The notes: generated by a model not told the origin, from the sequence alone. A stretch of DNA of 64,000 bases from Candidatus Latescibacterota bacterium (GCA_965205975.1 OZ242195.1:96001-160000); one strand, 5' to 3'. Counted from the first letter of the stretch, positions 19,076-28,929 are shown. Made by a program: numbers and translations.

Positions 19076-19443
19076 AGATTCACCTCAGATATTTTCGCGC
19101 TTTCTAATTGGTCAAAACTAGCAAAATAGCAGGCTCCAATGCCATCAATTTCACCTACAAAGTCTATTTCTTCTGCAATGATTGCAGACAAGCGTACTTC
19201 TAAGACAAAACCTATCTTATTTTCCCAACCTTCATTGACTATTCGCTGTCCCCATTTTAGTGCCAGTTCTGACGTGGTGGTGAGGTGCTTGCCATCGGTC
19301 ATGCCTTCCATTGGTTTAAGACGATGAGATGCTCTTACACTTTCAAGCTCTGCTTTGCTGACTCGCCGAAAGAATACTGCTTCATTTCTGTCAATTCGAT
19401 AGCTGGATGGTGGATTATTAGGTGCTGGCCGCTTCAGGGACAT
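19072..19443 (-). CDS. Hypothetical protein resembling an orphan RHS-type toxin C-terminal domain
   Basis: FFRRVSKAELE...GKHLTT...ALKWG...VLEV...IDGIGACY resembles C-terminal domains I recall from RHS proteins. Confidence 0.5.
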   Translation of the reverse strand: MSLKRPAPNNPPSSYRIDRNEAVFFRRVSKAELESVRASHRLKPMEGMTDGKHLTTTSELALKWGQRIVNEGWENKIGFVLEVRLSAIIAEEIDFVGEIDGIGACYFASFDQLESAKISEVNL

Positions 19444-19668
19444 GAGGGCGAGTCGTGAAAAATTGTCTTAGGATTAAATTCAGCGTATCTCATCGTAGCC
19501 TGTGGAAAAATATATCCATATAGAGCTAATAAGTCCAGTAGGGATTTGAGGATTAGACTGACGCAATCTGCTACATGGCTTTTTTCTTTGACAAGTTGCT
19601 TTTGAGGCGCAATTATAGGGGTTGTAAAAATGCAGATTCAATGTTTAAAGATATTTACGAGGTGATTA

Positions 19669-20166
19669 ATGGATTTCAAAACCACTGATTTGTGCGATGA
19701 ACACGAAACCGATCCGGCACTTCAAGTTTCTGAGCCGATATTTAATGACTATGGCGGTGTTACGGCATTTTGCGGTCCCATAGCTACGGTTAAAGTTAGC
19801 GAAGACAATGTGCTGGTGCGCGAGATACTCGAAACACCGGGGAAGGGGCGCGTGCTCGTCGTCGATGGCGAGGGTTCGACGTGGTGTGCGCTTTTGGGGG
19901 ATATGGTCGCTGAAATCGCCAGTGACAACGGCTGGTCGGGGATTGTCATAAATGGCGCTGTGCGCGATGTGTCTGAACTTGCACAAATTGAAATAGGCGT
20001 CAAAGCGCGTTTTGCTGTGCCGCGCCGCAGCCGAAAAGAAGGCAAGGGACGACAGAATACGCCTCTTGCTTTTGCCGGCGTTACCTTTCTTCCGGGCGAT
20101 TATCTCTACGCCGATGAAGACGGTATTTTGATCGCTACGAGAGATTTATTAGACGCGCAGGTTTGA
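19669..20166 (+). CDS. rraA: RraA family (HMG aldolase / RNase E regulator)
   Basis: TTDLCD, EDNVLV, VLVVDG, ALLGD, GAVRD and YADEDG motifs. Confidence 0.93.
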   Translation: MDFKTTDLCDEHETDPALQVSEPIFNDYGGVTAFCGPIATVKVSEDNVLVREILETPGKGRVLVVDGEGSTWCALLGDMVAEIASDNGWSGIVINGAVRDVSELAQIEIGVKARFAVPRRSRKEGKGRQNTPLAFAGVTFLPGDYLYADEDGILIATRDLLDAQV

Positions 20167-20200
20167 CCTGCAATACAACCTTATATTATGGAGATAAACT

Positions 20201-21568
20201 ATGCCGCAGACAGATCGACCCAATATTCTCTTTATTATGGATGACCAGCATCGTTTTGATTATATGGGCTGTGCAGGTGCTGATTTTGTTCGCACGCCCA
20301 ATATTGACCGTCTGGCAAAACAGGGGGTGCATTTTACCCAATGCACGACAAATTGCCCTGTTTGCGCGCCTTCGCGCATTGCACTGGCTTCTGGCATGCA
20401 GCCCTCGCGCCTCGGTTGCGTTGGGAACAATTGCTTCTTGCCTCGCAGCCAACCGACTTATTACCAGCAATTGCGCGATTACAATTATTACGTGGGTTGT
20501 GTGGGCAAGCTCGATCTGGCCAAACCCGATGGGTACAACGGACGTGATGGCGATAGGCCAGCTACGTATATGTGGGGCTTTACTCATCCGGTCGAATGCG
20601 AGGGCAAAATGCACGCTGGGCACTCCAAAACACCGCAGGGTCCTTATAACCACTTTTTGGAGGAAAGAGGGTTGCTCGGTGCTTTTGTCGATGATTATAC
20701 CCGTCGCTCCAACGAGGGTTATCACGCTTCCTGTCACGATTCGGTCTTACCTACCGAAGCTTTTGAGGATGTGTATATTGGGCAGCGATCTGTCGAATGG
20801 ATTGAGAATATCCCCGGGGATTTTCCCTGGCATTTATTTGTGAGCTTTGTGGGGCCTCACGATCCTTTTGATCCGCCAGCCGAATACGGGGAGAAGTACC
20901 GCGATGCAGAGATGCCACCTGCCACGCCTGCAAATTTGCCGGGAAAACCCGCTTACTTAAAAGATCGCATCAAAGACATGACCCCGGAAAAAATCGCAGA
21001 GACCCGACGACAATATTGCGCGGCAATTGAAGTTATTGACGATCAGATCGGCGAGATGCTCGCGGCAGTAGAACGGCGGGGGATGACCGACAATACGTAT
21101 GTCATCTTTTCCAGTGACCACGGAGAAATGCTGGGCGATCACGGTTTGTACACCAAAAGCGTGCCTTACGAAGCATCGGTACATGTTCCGCTCATTGTTG
21201 CGGGACCCGGTATTGAAGGCGGTCGCGTCTCAGATGCTCTTGTTGAACTCATTGACATGAATCCAACGATATGTGATCTCGCTGGCGTGCCTCCGCTTTC
21301 GGATATCGATGCGCGATCAATTGGCGCGGTGCTTCGCGGAGAGGAAGAGGAACACCGCACGGAAACCGTGAGTGGCATACAAAATTTCAGGTGTATCCGT
21401 ACGCGGGAGTACAAATTGGTGGAGAACTACAACGATGTAACCGAACTCTACGATCTGATCGCCGATCCTGCAGAAGAACACAATATTGCCGAACAGGAGC
21501 CAGAGGTACGGCGCGAATTGTCTCGCCGTCTCTCAGCGCGTTATTTAGAAGGCACATGGTATCGGTAG
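20201..21568 (+). CDS. Cys-type sulfatase
   Basis: PNILFIMDDQ, CAPSR, GPHDP, SDHGE and ELYDL..DP.E motifs. Confidence 0.93.
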   Translation: MPQTDRPNILFIMDDQHRFDYMGCAGADFVRTPNIDRLAKQGVHFTQCTTNCPVCAPSRIALASGMQPSRLGCVGNNCFLPRSQPTYYQQLRDYNYYVGCVGKLDLAKPDGYNGRDGDRPATYMWGFTHPVECEGKMHAGHSKTPQGPYNHFLEERGLLGAFVDDYTRRSNEGYHASCHDSVLPTEAFEDVYIGQRSVEWIENIPGDFPWHLFVSFVGPHDPFDPPAEYGEKYRDAEMPPATPANLPGKPAYLKDRIKDMTPEKIAETRRQYCAAIEVIDDQIGEMLAAVERRGMTDNTYVIFSSDHGEMLGDHGLYTKSVPYEASVHVPLIVAGPGIEGGRVSDALVELIDMNPTICDLAGVPPLSDIDARSIGAVLRGEEEEHRTETVSGIQNFRCIRTREYKLVENYNDVTELYDLIADPAEEHNIAEQEPEVRRELSRRLSARYLEGTWYR

Positions 21569-21577
21569 GAGGGAATC

Positions 21578-22561
21578 GTGAAATACACCAAACTGCCCGG
21601 CACGGATATCGATGTTTCCGTTATTGCTCTGGGCTGCTGGCCTTTTGCTGGTGGTGATGTTTGGGGCGAGCAAGACGACGATGTGTCTATGGCGACGGTG
21701 CATGCCGCACTCGATGCGGGTATTACCTTTTTTGATACGGCAGAGGGCTATGGCAAGTCCGAGCGCGTGCTGGGACAGGGTCTCAAAGGTCGTCGGCAAG
21801 ATGCGGTGATCGCCACCAAAGTTGGCGGTGGTCATCTTTCTTCCGATGATTTGCCCAAAGCCTGCGAACAAAGCCTGAAAAGTCTGAAAACCGATTATAT
21901 TGATCTGTACCAAATTCACTGGCCCAATCACAATATTCCCATCGCAGAAACAGCAAGTGCGCTTCAGCGTCTCCGCGATCAGGGAAAAATTCGGGCTATT
22001 GGCGTTTGTAATTTTGCCTGTGGCGATTTGCGCGATTTGCTCGCTGTTGCCGATATTGTCACCAATCAGTTGTCCTATAGCTTGCTCTGGCGCGTTATTG
22101 AACGCGAGATTCAGCCGATGTGTTTGGAGAACAATATTGGCCTGATATGCTATAGCCCACTGATGCAGGGGTTGCTTACCGGACGTTATGCCTCTGCGGA
22201 TGATGTGCCAGATGGTCTGGCGCGAACCCGCCTGTTTTCGGATGATCGCCCCATGTCCAAACACGGCGAGGAAGGCTGTGAGGCCGAAGTGTTTGACGCA
22301 CTGAAAAAAATTCGCGCTGTTGCCGATAAAGCAGACATCGCAATGGCCGAGCTTGCCCTTGCATGGGCACTACAACAACCCGGCATTACATCGCTTCTGG
22401 TGGGCGCGAGAAATCCCGATGAAGTGCAATGGAATCTTCCTGCGGTTGAGCTTATATTGTCGGAGGATATACTGCAACGCTTATCTGATATTACAGAAGG
22501 TGTTAAAGACAAACTCGGCGATAATCCCGATATGTGGATGTCGGAGTCGAGGATGAGGTGA
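21578..22561 (+). CDS. Aldo/keto reductase
   Basis: FFDTAEGYG, IATKV, IDLYQIHWP and YSPL motifs. Confidence 0.93.
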   Translation: MKYTKLPGTDIDVSVIALGCWPFAGGDVWGEQDDDVSMATVHAALDAGITFFDTAEGYGKSERVLGQGLKGRRQDAVIATKVGGGHLSSDDLPKACEQSLKSLKTDYIDLYQIHWPNHNIPIAETASALQRLRDQGKIRAIGVCNFACGDLRDLLAVADIVTNQLSYSLLWRVIEREIQPMCLENNIGLICYSPLMQGLLTGRYASADDVPDGLARTRLFSDDRPMSKHGEEGCEAEVFDALKKIRAVADKADIAMAELALAWALQQPGITSLLVGARNPDEVQWNLPAVELILSEDILQRLSDITEGVKDKLGDNPDMWMSESRMR

Positions 22562-22567
22562 AAGGTG

Positions 22568-22597
22568 TCCGCAGATGGACGCAGATGGACGCAGATA
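22568..22597 (+). repeat. Decamer tandem repeat (ACGCAGATGG-like x3)
   Basis: TCCGCAGATGGACGCAGATGGACGCAGATA; an inverted copy matching 26/29 lies at 47589-47617. Confidence 0.8.
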
Positions 22598-22724
22598 AAA
22601 GGCGAGAGGCAAAGAAGGGCTGGGGGTTGAGCGGGTGGGATTTGATCGCTATTGGAAACACGATGCGACTTGTCTTTGTCTCATTTTTTAGATACGCTAC
22701 GTTAGAAAAGATCAGGAGGCTCCC

Positions 22725-23072
22725 ATGGCTCATCTTCAGATTGACGATCCAGAAACATTTTTTCGCACCTTTGCAGATCTTTTGGCTGCTGGCGAAGACG
22801 ACAAGCACATGGCTCGAAAACTGGGATGCTCGCGGGGCGAAAGCAAGCGCAGGCGGCAGGCATTTCAAAAAGGGGGCATTGTGACGGGAAAGGGCGTATC
22901 GAAAGAAAAATTGGATGCGTGGCTGTCTTCAAGTGACGGTCAGCGCGCACAACGCCAGTGGGAAGGCCATCACAAGCGTCAACAGGCTATGGGGGCAACG
23001 GGAACCAAACCGCAAAAGGGATTTCGCAGACAGCCCGAAGTCAAGCGCGGTTGGATGCGGCAAAAGATTTGA
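22725..23072 (+). CDS. Small basic hypothetical protein, possible HTH
   Basis: AGGAGG RBS; segment DKHMARKLGCSRGESKRR; followed by a terminator. Confidence 0.65.
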   Translation: MAHLQIDDPETFFRTFADLLAAGEDDKHMARKLGCSRGESKRRRQAFQKGGIVTGKGVSKEKLDAWLSSSDGQRAQRQWEGHHKRQQAMGATGTKPQKGFRRQPEVKRGWMRQKI

Positions 23073-23084
23073 GGTATTAGTTTG

Positions 23085-23130
23085 AAAAAAAAGGCCGATG
23101 GGTGATGTTCCATCGGCCTTTTTTATTTTT
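23085..23130. terminator. Bidirectional intrinsic terminator
   Basis: A tract, AAGGCCGATGG-loop-CCATCGGCCTT, T tract, between convergent genes. Confidence 0.9.
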
Positions 23131-23135
23131 ATATC

Positions 23136-24110
23136 TCACCGCTCGTCGCGTTTCAAGTCCAGCCAATCGAGTTCTTCTGGTGTGAGTTTCAAATTGAGGG
23201 CCTCGATATTGGCCCTGCACTCATCGGGATGGAATACGCCGATTAGTGAAAAGAGATTCAGGGGTTGGTTCAGGTTGAATGCCAGCGCGATTTGCGGCAC
23301 GGTTAGTCCTTTTTCTTTTGCCAGTTCGCCCGCGCGGTCCAGGCGTTTGAAGTTTTGTTCGTAACAATAGGCTTCGACGCAGGACCCGGGTAGATTTTTC
23401 TTATAGTCTTCATAAGTTTCGCGTGTGAATCTGCCTGAGAAAAATCCCTGTGCGAGACTCGACCAGGTAAACAGGGGCGTGTTTTGTTCTGCGTACCACG
23501 CGCGGTCCGCCTCGTTTTCAGGCCCACTGATGCTGATACAACCTCTCCAGGGTTCTTTCACCTGTTCTGCAAGGCTGTAATTGGGGCTACTCACGGTGAA
23601 TGGTTCCATGTTGTGCTTGTATGCGTATTCATTGGCTTCTTGTATGCGCGGCACGGTCCAGTTCGATCCGCCAAATAGTCCGATTCGACCCGCTGCTTTG
23701 TGTTCGTTTAGTATCTCTACTATGGGGCCAACTGCGACATTGGGATCGTCGCGGTGCAATACGTAGATGTCGATAAAATTCGTGCGGCAACGTTCCAGAG
23801 AAGTGGCCAGGTCTGCCGTAATATCAGGTGGGGTGACTTTATTTTTTTTTCCAGTGTGGTGTGCGCCCTTTGTCAAGATGACGGCTTCTTCGAACAGGCC
23901 GCGCTCGTCGAGCCATTGTCCCAAAACGCGCTCACACTGTCCGCCGCCGTAAATATATGCTCCGTCAAAGCCGTTGACGCCGAGTGCCCATACGCCGTCT
24001 AACAGGTCAAATGATTCTTGCAGGTGATCTTCGCGCAACATCATTGTACCTTGCAAAATACGCGAAATTTTTTTGTTCATTCCTTCAATTGTGCCGTATT
24101 CCATTGGCAT
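23136..24110 (-). CDS. Aldo/keto reductase
   Basis: FDGAYIYG, ILTKG, IDIYVLHRDD and GGSNW motifs. Confidence 0.92.
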   Translation of the reverse strand: MPMEYGTIEGMNKKISRILQGTMMLREDHLQESFDLLDGVWALGVNGFDGAYIYGGGQCERVLGQWLDERGLFEEAVILTKGAHHTGKKNKVTPPDITADLATSLERCRTNFIDIYVLHRDDPNVAVGPIVEILNEHKAAGRIGLFGGSNWTVPRIQEANEYAYKHNMEPFTVSSPNYSLAEQVKEPWRGCISISGPENEADRAWYAEQNTPLFTWSSLAQGFFSGRFTRETYEDYKKNLPGSCVEAYCYEQNFKRLDRAGELAKEKGLTVPQIALAFNLNQPLNLFSLIGVFHPDECRANIEALNLKLTPEELDWLDLKRDER

Positions 24111-24114
24111 AATA

Positions 24115-25101
24115 TTATTCCCTTTCCATCGGATATTTCAATCCCCATTGTTTTCGAATTGCGTCCAGTGTCTGCATATTGGCAAGCGTATCGTCGTGTG
24201 ACATGAGATCGCTTTCCAGCTTGCCTTCTCTTACGCAGCGGGCCACTTCGGCGGCTTCACATTCGTATCCATTTCCAGCGCATTCCAGTGTTATGACTTC
24301 CTCTTTGCCGCCAGCGGACAGGGTTGCCGTGCGGGCGTCCCAAAACTTCGGTACGGTGATCATGCCATCCGTGCCCAGGATTTTTGCCTCGTGCGGGGTT
24401 TTGGTTCGCACGCCACATGAGATCAATGCGAGTTGCCCTTTGTCGTAGCCAAATACTATAGCCGCCTGTTCATCTACTCCGGTTTCACCAATATGCGCCT
24501 GGCTCGAGATGGTGGCAGGTTGTGTGTCGAAGATCAGGGATGCATAAGAGATGGGGTAAATCCCAATATCGAGCAGTCCGCCACCGCCGAGTGCGAGATC
24601 GAACAAGCGACCTTTGGGATTGATGCGGGCGCGAAACCCAAAATCGGCGTATAACATCCGCACTTCGCCAATCGTGCCGTCTGTGACCCACGCCTTTACC
24701 TGTTTGGTGATGGGCAAAAATCGGGTCCACATGGCTTCCATCAAAAACACGCCTTCGCTGCGGGCGACTTCGATAACTTCTCTGGCTTCGTGCTGGTTGA
24801 TTGTAAATGGTTTTTCGCACAATACGGGCTTGCCCGCTTTCAGGCATAAGATACTGTTCTCTTTGTGAAAGGGGTGGGGCGTTGCCACATAAACCGCATC
24901 CACTTCTGGATCTTCGGCGAGTGCTTCATAAGAGGCGTGGCGATTGGGTACATCATACTTATCGGCAAAGGCGTCGGCGCGATCCTGACTACGCGATCCC
25001 ACAGCTATGATTTGTGCATCGTCGAGTGCGCGCAATCCCGTGGCGAACTTGTGCGCAATACTGCCGGGACCGATAATGCCCCAGCGAAAAATATCACTCA
25101 T
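24115..25101 (-). CDS. Gfo/Idh/MocA oxidoreductase
   Basis: RWGIIGPG, VYVATPH, LCEKP, MEAMWTRF and GGLLDIG; start trimmed to ATG 25101. Confidence 0.92.
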   Translation of the reverse strand: MSDIFRWGIIGPGSIAHKFATGLRALDDAQIIAVGSRSQDRADAFADKYDVPNRHASYEALAEDPEVDAVYVATPHPFHKENSILCLKAGKPVLCEKPFTINQHEAREVIEVARSEGVFLMEAMWTRFLPITKQVKAWVTDGTIGEVRMLYADFGFRARINPKGRLFDLALGGGGLLDIGIYPISYASLIFDTQPATISSQAHIGETGVDEQAAIVFGYDKGQLALISCGVRTKTPHEAKILGTDGMITVPKFWDARTATLSAGGKEEVITLECAGNGYECEAAEVARCVREGKLESDLMSHDDTLANMQTLDAIRKQWGLKYPMERE

Positions 25102-25118
25102 TGTTGATCCTTTTCTTA

Positions 25119-25847
25119 TCAGGAGGTTGAAAATAGAACATACAAGATCATGCGTAAGGCGAGGAGGGTTATCAACCATCTCAAAAGTACGCGAAAATGG
25201 TGCTCGGGCACGCGCCCGCGAATCAGGGTTCCCAAATAGGACCCCAGCGATGCCGAGGCGATCATGCCAACGACCAATTTCCAATAGGGTGCAAAGACAA
25301 ATCCCAAAAACCCAAATGTCAAAATTTTCATTGCATGGCTCGATGCCATCTGAACCGAATGTGTGATTACCGTGCGATCTCGGGGCAGGTTTTCGCGCAG
25401 GAGAAATGGCATATTGAGCGGACCACTTACACCCAAAAAAAGGGATAATGCCGTTTGAAAAGCACCCAGAAGTGTGAATTTTGCGGGTAAATCGGGCGTG
25501 CGAGAAAATTTGGGCATCCACGTAATGAGTAAAATAAAAATACCCAAAAAGAGGGGCATGGTTTCCCATTTAAAGTCGGCAATAAAACGAGAACCCAACA
25601 CGGCACCAATCACTGTTCCGATTGCGTATTGCCCCACAAGACGCCATTCGGTATGCTTGAGGCCAATGAGCGCGCGGCTCAAATTGCTGGCAATTTGCAC
25701 CAGTCCGTGAACCGGGATAATCGCTGCTGCGGGGAGGAAACCCGGCATAATCGCAATGAGGACAACGCCGCCGCCAACGCCGCCAATAGCCGCGATCATC
25801 GATGTGATACACGCCGCGCCGATCAAGAACCAATCCGATATCTCCAT
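25119..25847 (-). CDS. TauE/SafE sulfite exporter family membrane protein
   Basis: GGVGGG N-terminal motif, multiple hydrophobic segments, GVSGP. Confidence 0.85.
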   Translation of the reverse strand: MEISDWFLIGAACITSMIAAIGGVGGGVVLIAIMPGFLPAAAIIPVHGLVQIASNLSRALIGLKHTEWRLVGQYAIGTVIGAVLGSRFIADFKWETMPLFLGIFILLITWMPKFSRTPDLPAKFTLLGAFQTALSLFLGVSGPLNMPFLLRENLPRDRTVITHSVQMASSHAMKILTFGFLGFVFAPYWKLVVGMIASASLGSYLGTLIRGRVPEHHFRVLLRWLITLLALRMILYVLFSTS

Positions 25848-25854
25848 GCACTCA

Positions 25855-27303
25855 TCACCAGGTCATATAATGCGTTACAGGCTCGCCCTGTTTGGCGGTA
25901 AAGCGATCGTATTTCGGATGGATGAAATCTTCGGTTGCATCCATGTGGGCGTAAAAAGCCCGCGTCATCTCTTCTCTTTTTTCCGGCTGTGTATCGTATA
26001 AGTTGTCCAATTCAAAGGGATCTTCAATTAGATTGTACAACTCGCCATAATTTTTTGCCGGATAGTGAATATATTTCCATTCCCGCGTGCGGATGCAGCG
26101 TTTATCGACTGCTTCGGCAAAAATTATGTCTCGTATTTCCGATTGTTCACCGTTCATCAGTGACGATAAATCCATGCCCTGTACGCATTCGGGCGCATCA
26201 AAACCCGATAGCTGCGCGATTGTGGGAAATAGATCTACTGTTTCGATCAGGGCGTCGCAGTCGCTGCCAGCACGACCGGGCACAGCGATAAAGCACGGTA
26301 TATGTAACATGCAATCCAGAAGAAATGGCGCTTTGGCCGGGATACCGTGATCGCCTAAAAATTCACCGTGGTCCGATAGAAAGATCACGATGGTCTCGTC
26401 CGCTATGCCTTTTTTTTCTAATGTCTCGACGATCAGGCCCACTTGATGGTCAATTTGCGATACCATGCCGTAATACGCCGCCTTCATCTTGCGGAATGTC
26501 TCGTCGGAAGCCTGGTCAAATCCGCGGTATTTGTGGTGTTCTGCCTTGAAATACAAACTGTATTCGGGCGGTTTTTTTGCAATGTCGTCTTTCGCGTGCT
26601 GAAAGGGGGGCATCGCGTTGGGATCGTACATATTTGCAAAGCGTCCAGAGGGGACATAGGGATGGTGCGGTCCGTAGAATCCCACCCATAAGAAAAAGGG
26701 GTTGCTCGTATCCAGTCCTTCGAGGTATTCAATACTTTTCATTCCTACATAGGCATCGATGTGGCAATCTTCGGGGAGATCGGATGGCACGGCACCGAGG
26801 TTTTTGCGAAAATTGGGCAAGGCGTATCCCGTTTTATATTCGTATCCCCGGTCGCGAACGTATTGCTCAAATGGATTGGGATCGGTGACTGTATAATCTC
26901 CATCTGCGCGCTCTTTCCATCCCCGCCGTATTCCCACGGCGTCCATGTGGTCGAGTATTTGTTGAAAACGCTGCTGTCCAATGCCGTGTTTGCCCACGCT
27001 GGCAGTTGTGTAGCCCTGGTTTTTGAACGCTTCTACCATTGTAATTTCATTTTCGTTGAGCTTTGAACCGTTCCATTTTACGCCGTGGTTTTTGGGATAA
27101 CGCCCGGTCATGAATGTCGCACGCGACGGAGAACATACGGGATTTTGCACAAAGCATTTTGAAAATCGCATGCTCCTTTCAGATAGGGCGTCAATCGCGG
27201 GCGTTTGTATAACGCGGTCCCCCGTGTATCCCAGCGTGTCATATCGCAAATGGTCAGTTGTAATGAATAAGATATTGGGTTGTTTAATCATCGCATACCT
27301 CAT
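25855..27303 (-). CDS. Cys-type sulfatase
   Basis: PNILFITTD, CSPSR, GPHHP and SDHGE motifs. Confidence 0.93.
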   Translation of the reverse strand: MRYAMIKQPNILFITTDHLRYDTLGYTGDRVIQTPAIDALSERSMRFSKCFVQNPVCSPSRATFMTGRYPKNHGVKWNGSKLNENEITMVEAFKNQGYTTASVGKHGIGQQRFQQILDHMDAVGIRRGWKERADGDYTVTDPNPFEQYVRDRGYEYKTGYALPNFRKNLGAVPSDLPEDCHIDAYVGMKSIEYLEGLDTSNPFFLWVGFYGPHHPYVPSGRFANMYDPNAMPPFQHAKDDIAKKPPEYSLYFKAEHHKYRGFDQASDETFRKMKAAYYGMVSQIDHQVGLIVETLEKKGIADETIVIFLSDHGEFLGDHGIPAKAPFLLDCMLHIPCFIAVPGRAGSDCDALIETVDLFPTIAQLSGFDAPECVQGMDLSSLMNGEQSEIRDIIFAEAVDKRCIRTREWKYIHYPAKNYGELYNLIEDPFELDNLYDTQPEKREEMTRAFYAHMDATEDFIHPKYDRFTAKQGEPVTHYMTW

Positions 27304-28040
27304 AGCAGATCGTTACTTAAAATTGTTGGGCACCAGAATTTTTCAATAAACGATATTACCAATTGCGTGCCCGCTTCATGGCTCACATAAGGCGGCTTTG
27401 CCGGATTGTACATCGCATCGGTCAAATCTCGAATTAGCGCGACCTGGATGCCCCAGCGTATCATTTGTTTGATTGCAAACGTGCGATGCAACACGCACAT
27501 GTTGGTATGTACCCCCATGATGAGCATTTTGTCGATTTCTCGATGCTGCATATAGCTGTAGATTTCGTGTCCTTGATCGGAAATAATATCCCGTTCTTGA
27601 TCAATATCTATCCCCGCGTGTTGCCGCGTCCAGACCTGCGTGTTGATTTTCTTCGGGTCTTCACCCGTGTCTGACCCGCCATCCGAATCGTCGATCGGTA
27701 GCGGGGGATCAGCGAGATCTAAATTTTCAGGCGGTTCAATGGGTGGGACATCCAATACCCGTCCCCGCGCAGGCGTATTGGCATAAACATCGAGTGTGCC
27801 CGAGGGTGCGTGAATAATGGTCACACCTTGCTTTCGCGCGCTTTGCACTACGGCGTGCATGCGGGGAATCATTGCTTCTAATCGCTCGACTGCACCGCGA
27901 CACCAGTGGTTATTCCATACATCGCATAATAACAGGACTGTTTGCTCGGGAGGCCAATAGACCCGTTCTGTTATTGTTTCCCAAACCGTGTGTTCACTGT
28001 CATCCCACAATAAGGACTGATGCTGCACGTTTAGATTCAT
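27300..28040 (-). CDS. Isochorismatase/cysteine hydrolase family
   Basis: LLCDVW, IIHAPS and GVHTNMCV; GGAGG RBS before ATG 28040. Confidence 0.8.
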   Translation of the reverse strand: MNLNVQHQSLLWDDSEHTVWETITERVYWPPEQTVLLLCDVWNNHWCRGAVERLEAMIPRMHAVVQSARKQGVTIIHAPSGTLDVYANTPARGRVLDVPPIEPPENLDLADPPLPIDDSDGGSDTGEDPKKINTQVWTRQHAGIDIDQERDIISDQGHEIYSYMQHREIDKMLIMGVHTNMCVLHRTFAIKQMIRWGIQVALIRDLTDAMYNPAKPPYVSHEAGTQLVISFIEKFWCPTILSNDLL

Positions 28041-28060
28041 CGCGTCCTCCATATCAAAAA

Positions 28061-28882
28061 TCAGGTTTCCCACACCAACCGGGGCCCCTCGTCCATCCCG
28101 CATACCACCCCCAATTGTCTCTCGCGCTGATAGCCCAAACAATGAGAAATATACGTCACTTCCTCGATTTCTCGACGCCGATTGCGATGCTGATGGCCGT
28201 ATATGTGAATCGATGAACCGTGTTTTCGCAACAGACGATCTAAGGCTATTGTGCCAGCCACCCGACTGAAATTGAAATTCGACGCGCTCGTCAATGGACG
28301 CGGGCGAGAAGTGGAAGAGGACCGACCAAAGATCAATTCCCGTCTGGGCAAAAAGTGGCTAAAGGTAATGATTGGCCCATCGCCCTGAACAGGCGCGGTA
28401 TTTTGGGCCAGCATATAGCGTGCAATGGATCGCTCGTTCTCGGGCCAGCGAATCAGACGGTTGTCCGCCCACATGTGCAACGCTGCGTCTTCTCCTTCCT
28501 GGAGCACGTACAAACTGTCGGCACTTTCTTCGGGTTTTTCATACCATGACAAAAGCGGTACAATTTGTACACCCGGCAATTGCGCCCGCGAGGTTTCTAC
28601 GTTCAACACGTTGCACAAAGCCATAAGCGCGTGGAATTTCTCCAACGAGTCGCATCGCTCATTGGGCCTCACCCACAAATCATGATTGCCCGGTACAAAA
28701 AAAACGCGTGCAAATTTTTGCTTCAGTTCGCACAGGGTATCGCGCATCGGGTCGGCGCGGTCAGTTATATCTCCGGCCACAATCACCACATCATCGGTAA
28801 AATCGCAATTGGAAAGCCGCTGCACCCACCGCTGGTTCTCCTTGTAATCGACGTGCAAATCAGAAATGGCAAAAATGCGCAT
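28061..28882 (-). CDS. Calcineurin-like metallophosphoesterase
   Basis: SDLH, AGD, PGNHD, SHF and GHQH motifs. Confidence 0.9.
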   Translation of the reverse strand: MRIFAISDLHVDYKENQRWVQRLSNCDFTDDVVIVAGDITDRADPMRDTLCELKQKFARVFFVPGNHDLWVRPNERCDSLEKFHALMALCNVLNVETSRAQLPGVQIVPLLSWYEKPEESADSLYVLQEGEDAALHMWADNRLIRWPENERSIARYMLAQNTAPVQGDGPIITFSHFLPRRELIFGRSSSTSRPRPLTSASNFNFSRVAGTIALDRLLRKHGSSIHIYGHQHRNRRREIEEVTYISHCLGYQRERQLGVVCGMDEGPRLVWET

Positions 28883-28929
28883 GGGTTATCCAGTTGAAAT
28901 AGCCATAAAAATCACAAAAGAAATCGCGC

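Noticed and set aside
16472..19517. Integron cassette array
   Set aside because: No convincing RYYYAAC...GTTRRRY attC structures, genes lie in both orientations, and there is no intI in the window.
22568..22597. CRISPR array (also considered for 48385-48490, 49492-49526 and 51687-51750)
   Set aside because: Units are 7, 10 or 27 bp and directly tandem, with no unique spacers and no cas genes.
24115..25569. 484-aa version of the Gfo/Idh/MocA ORF, and other extended starts (6103, 16374, 28142, 32707, 58357, 59336, 60116)
   Set aside because: The extensions overlap neighbouring genes or terminators or lack an RBS; downstream starts match the family N-termini.
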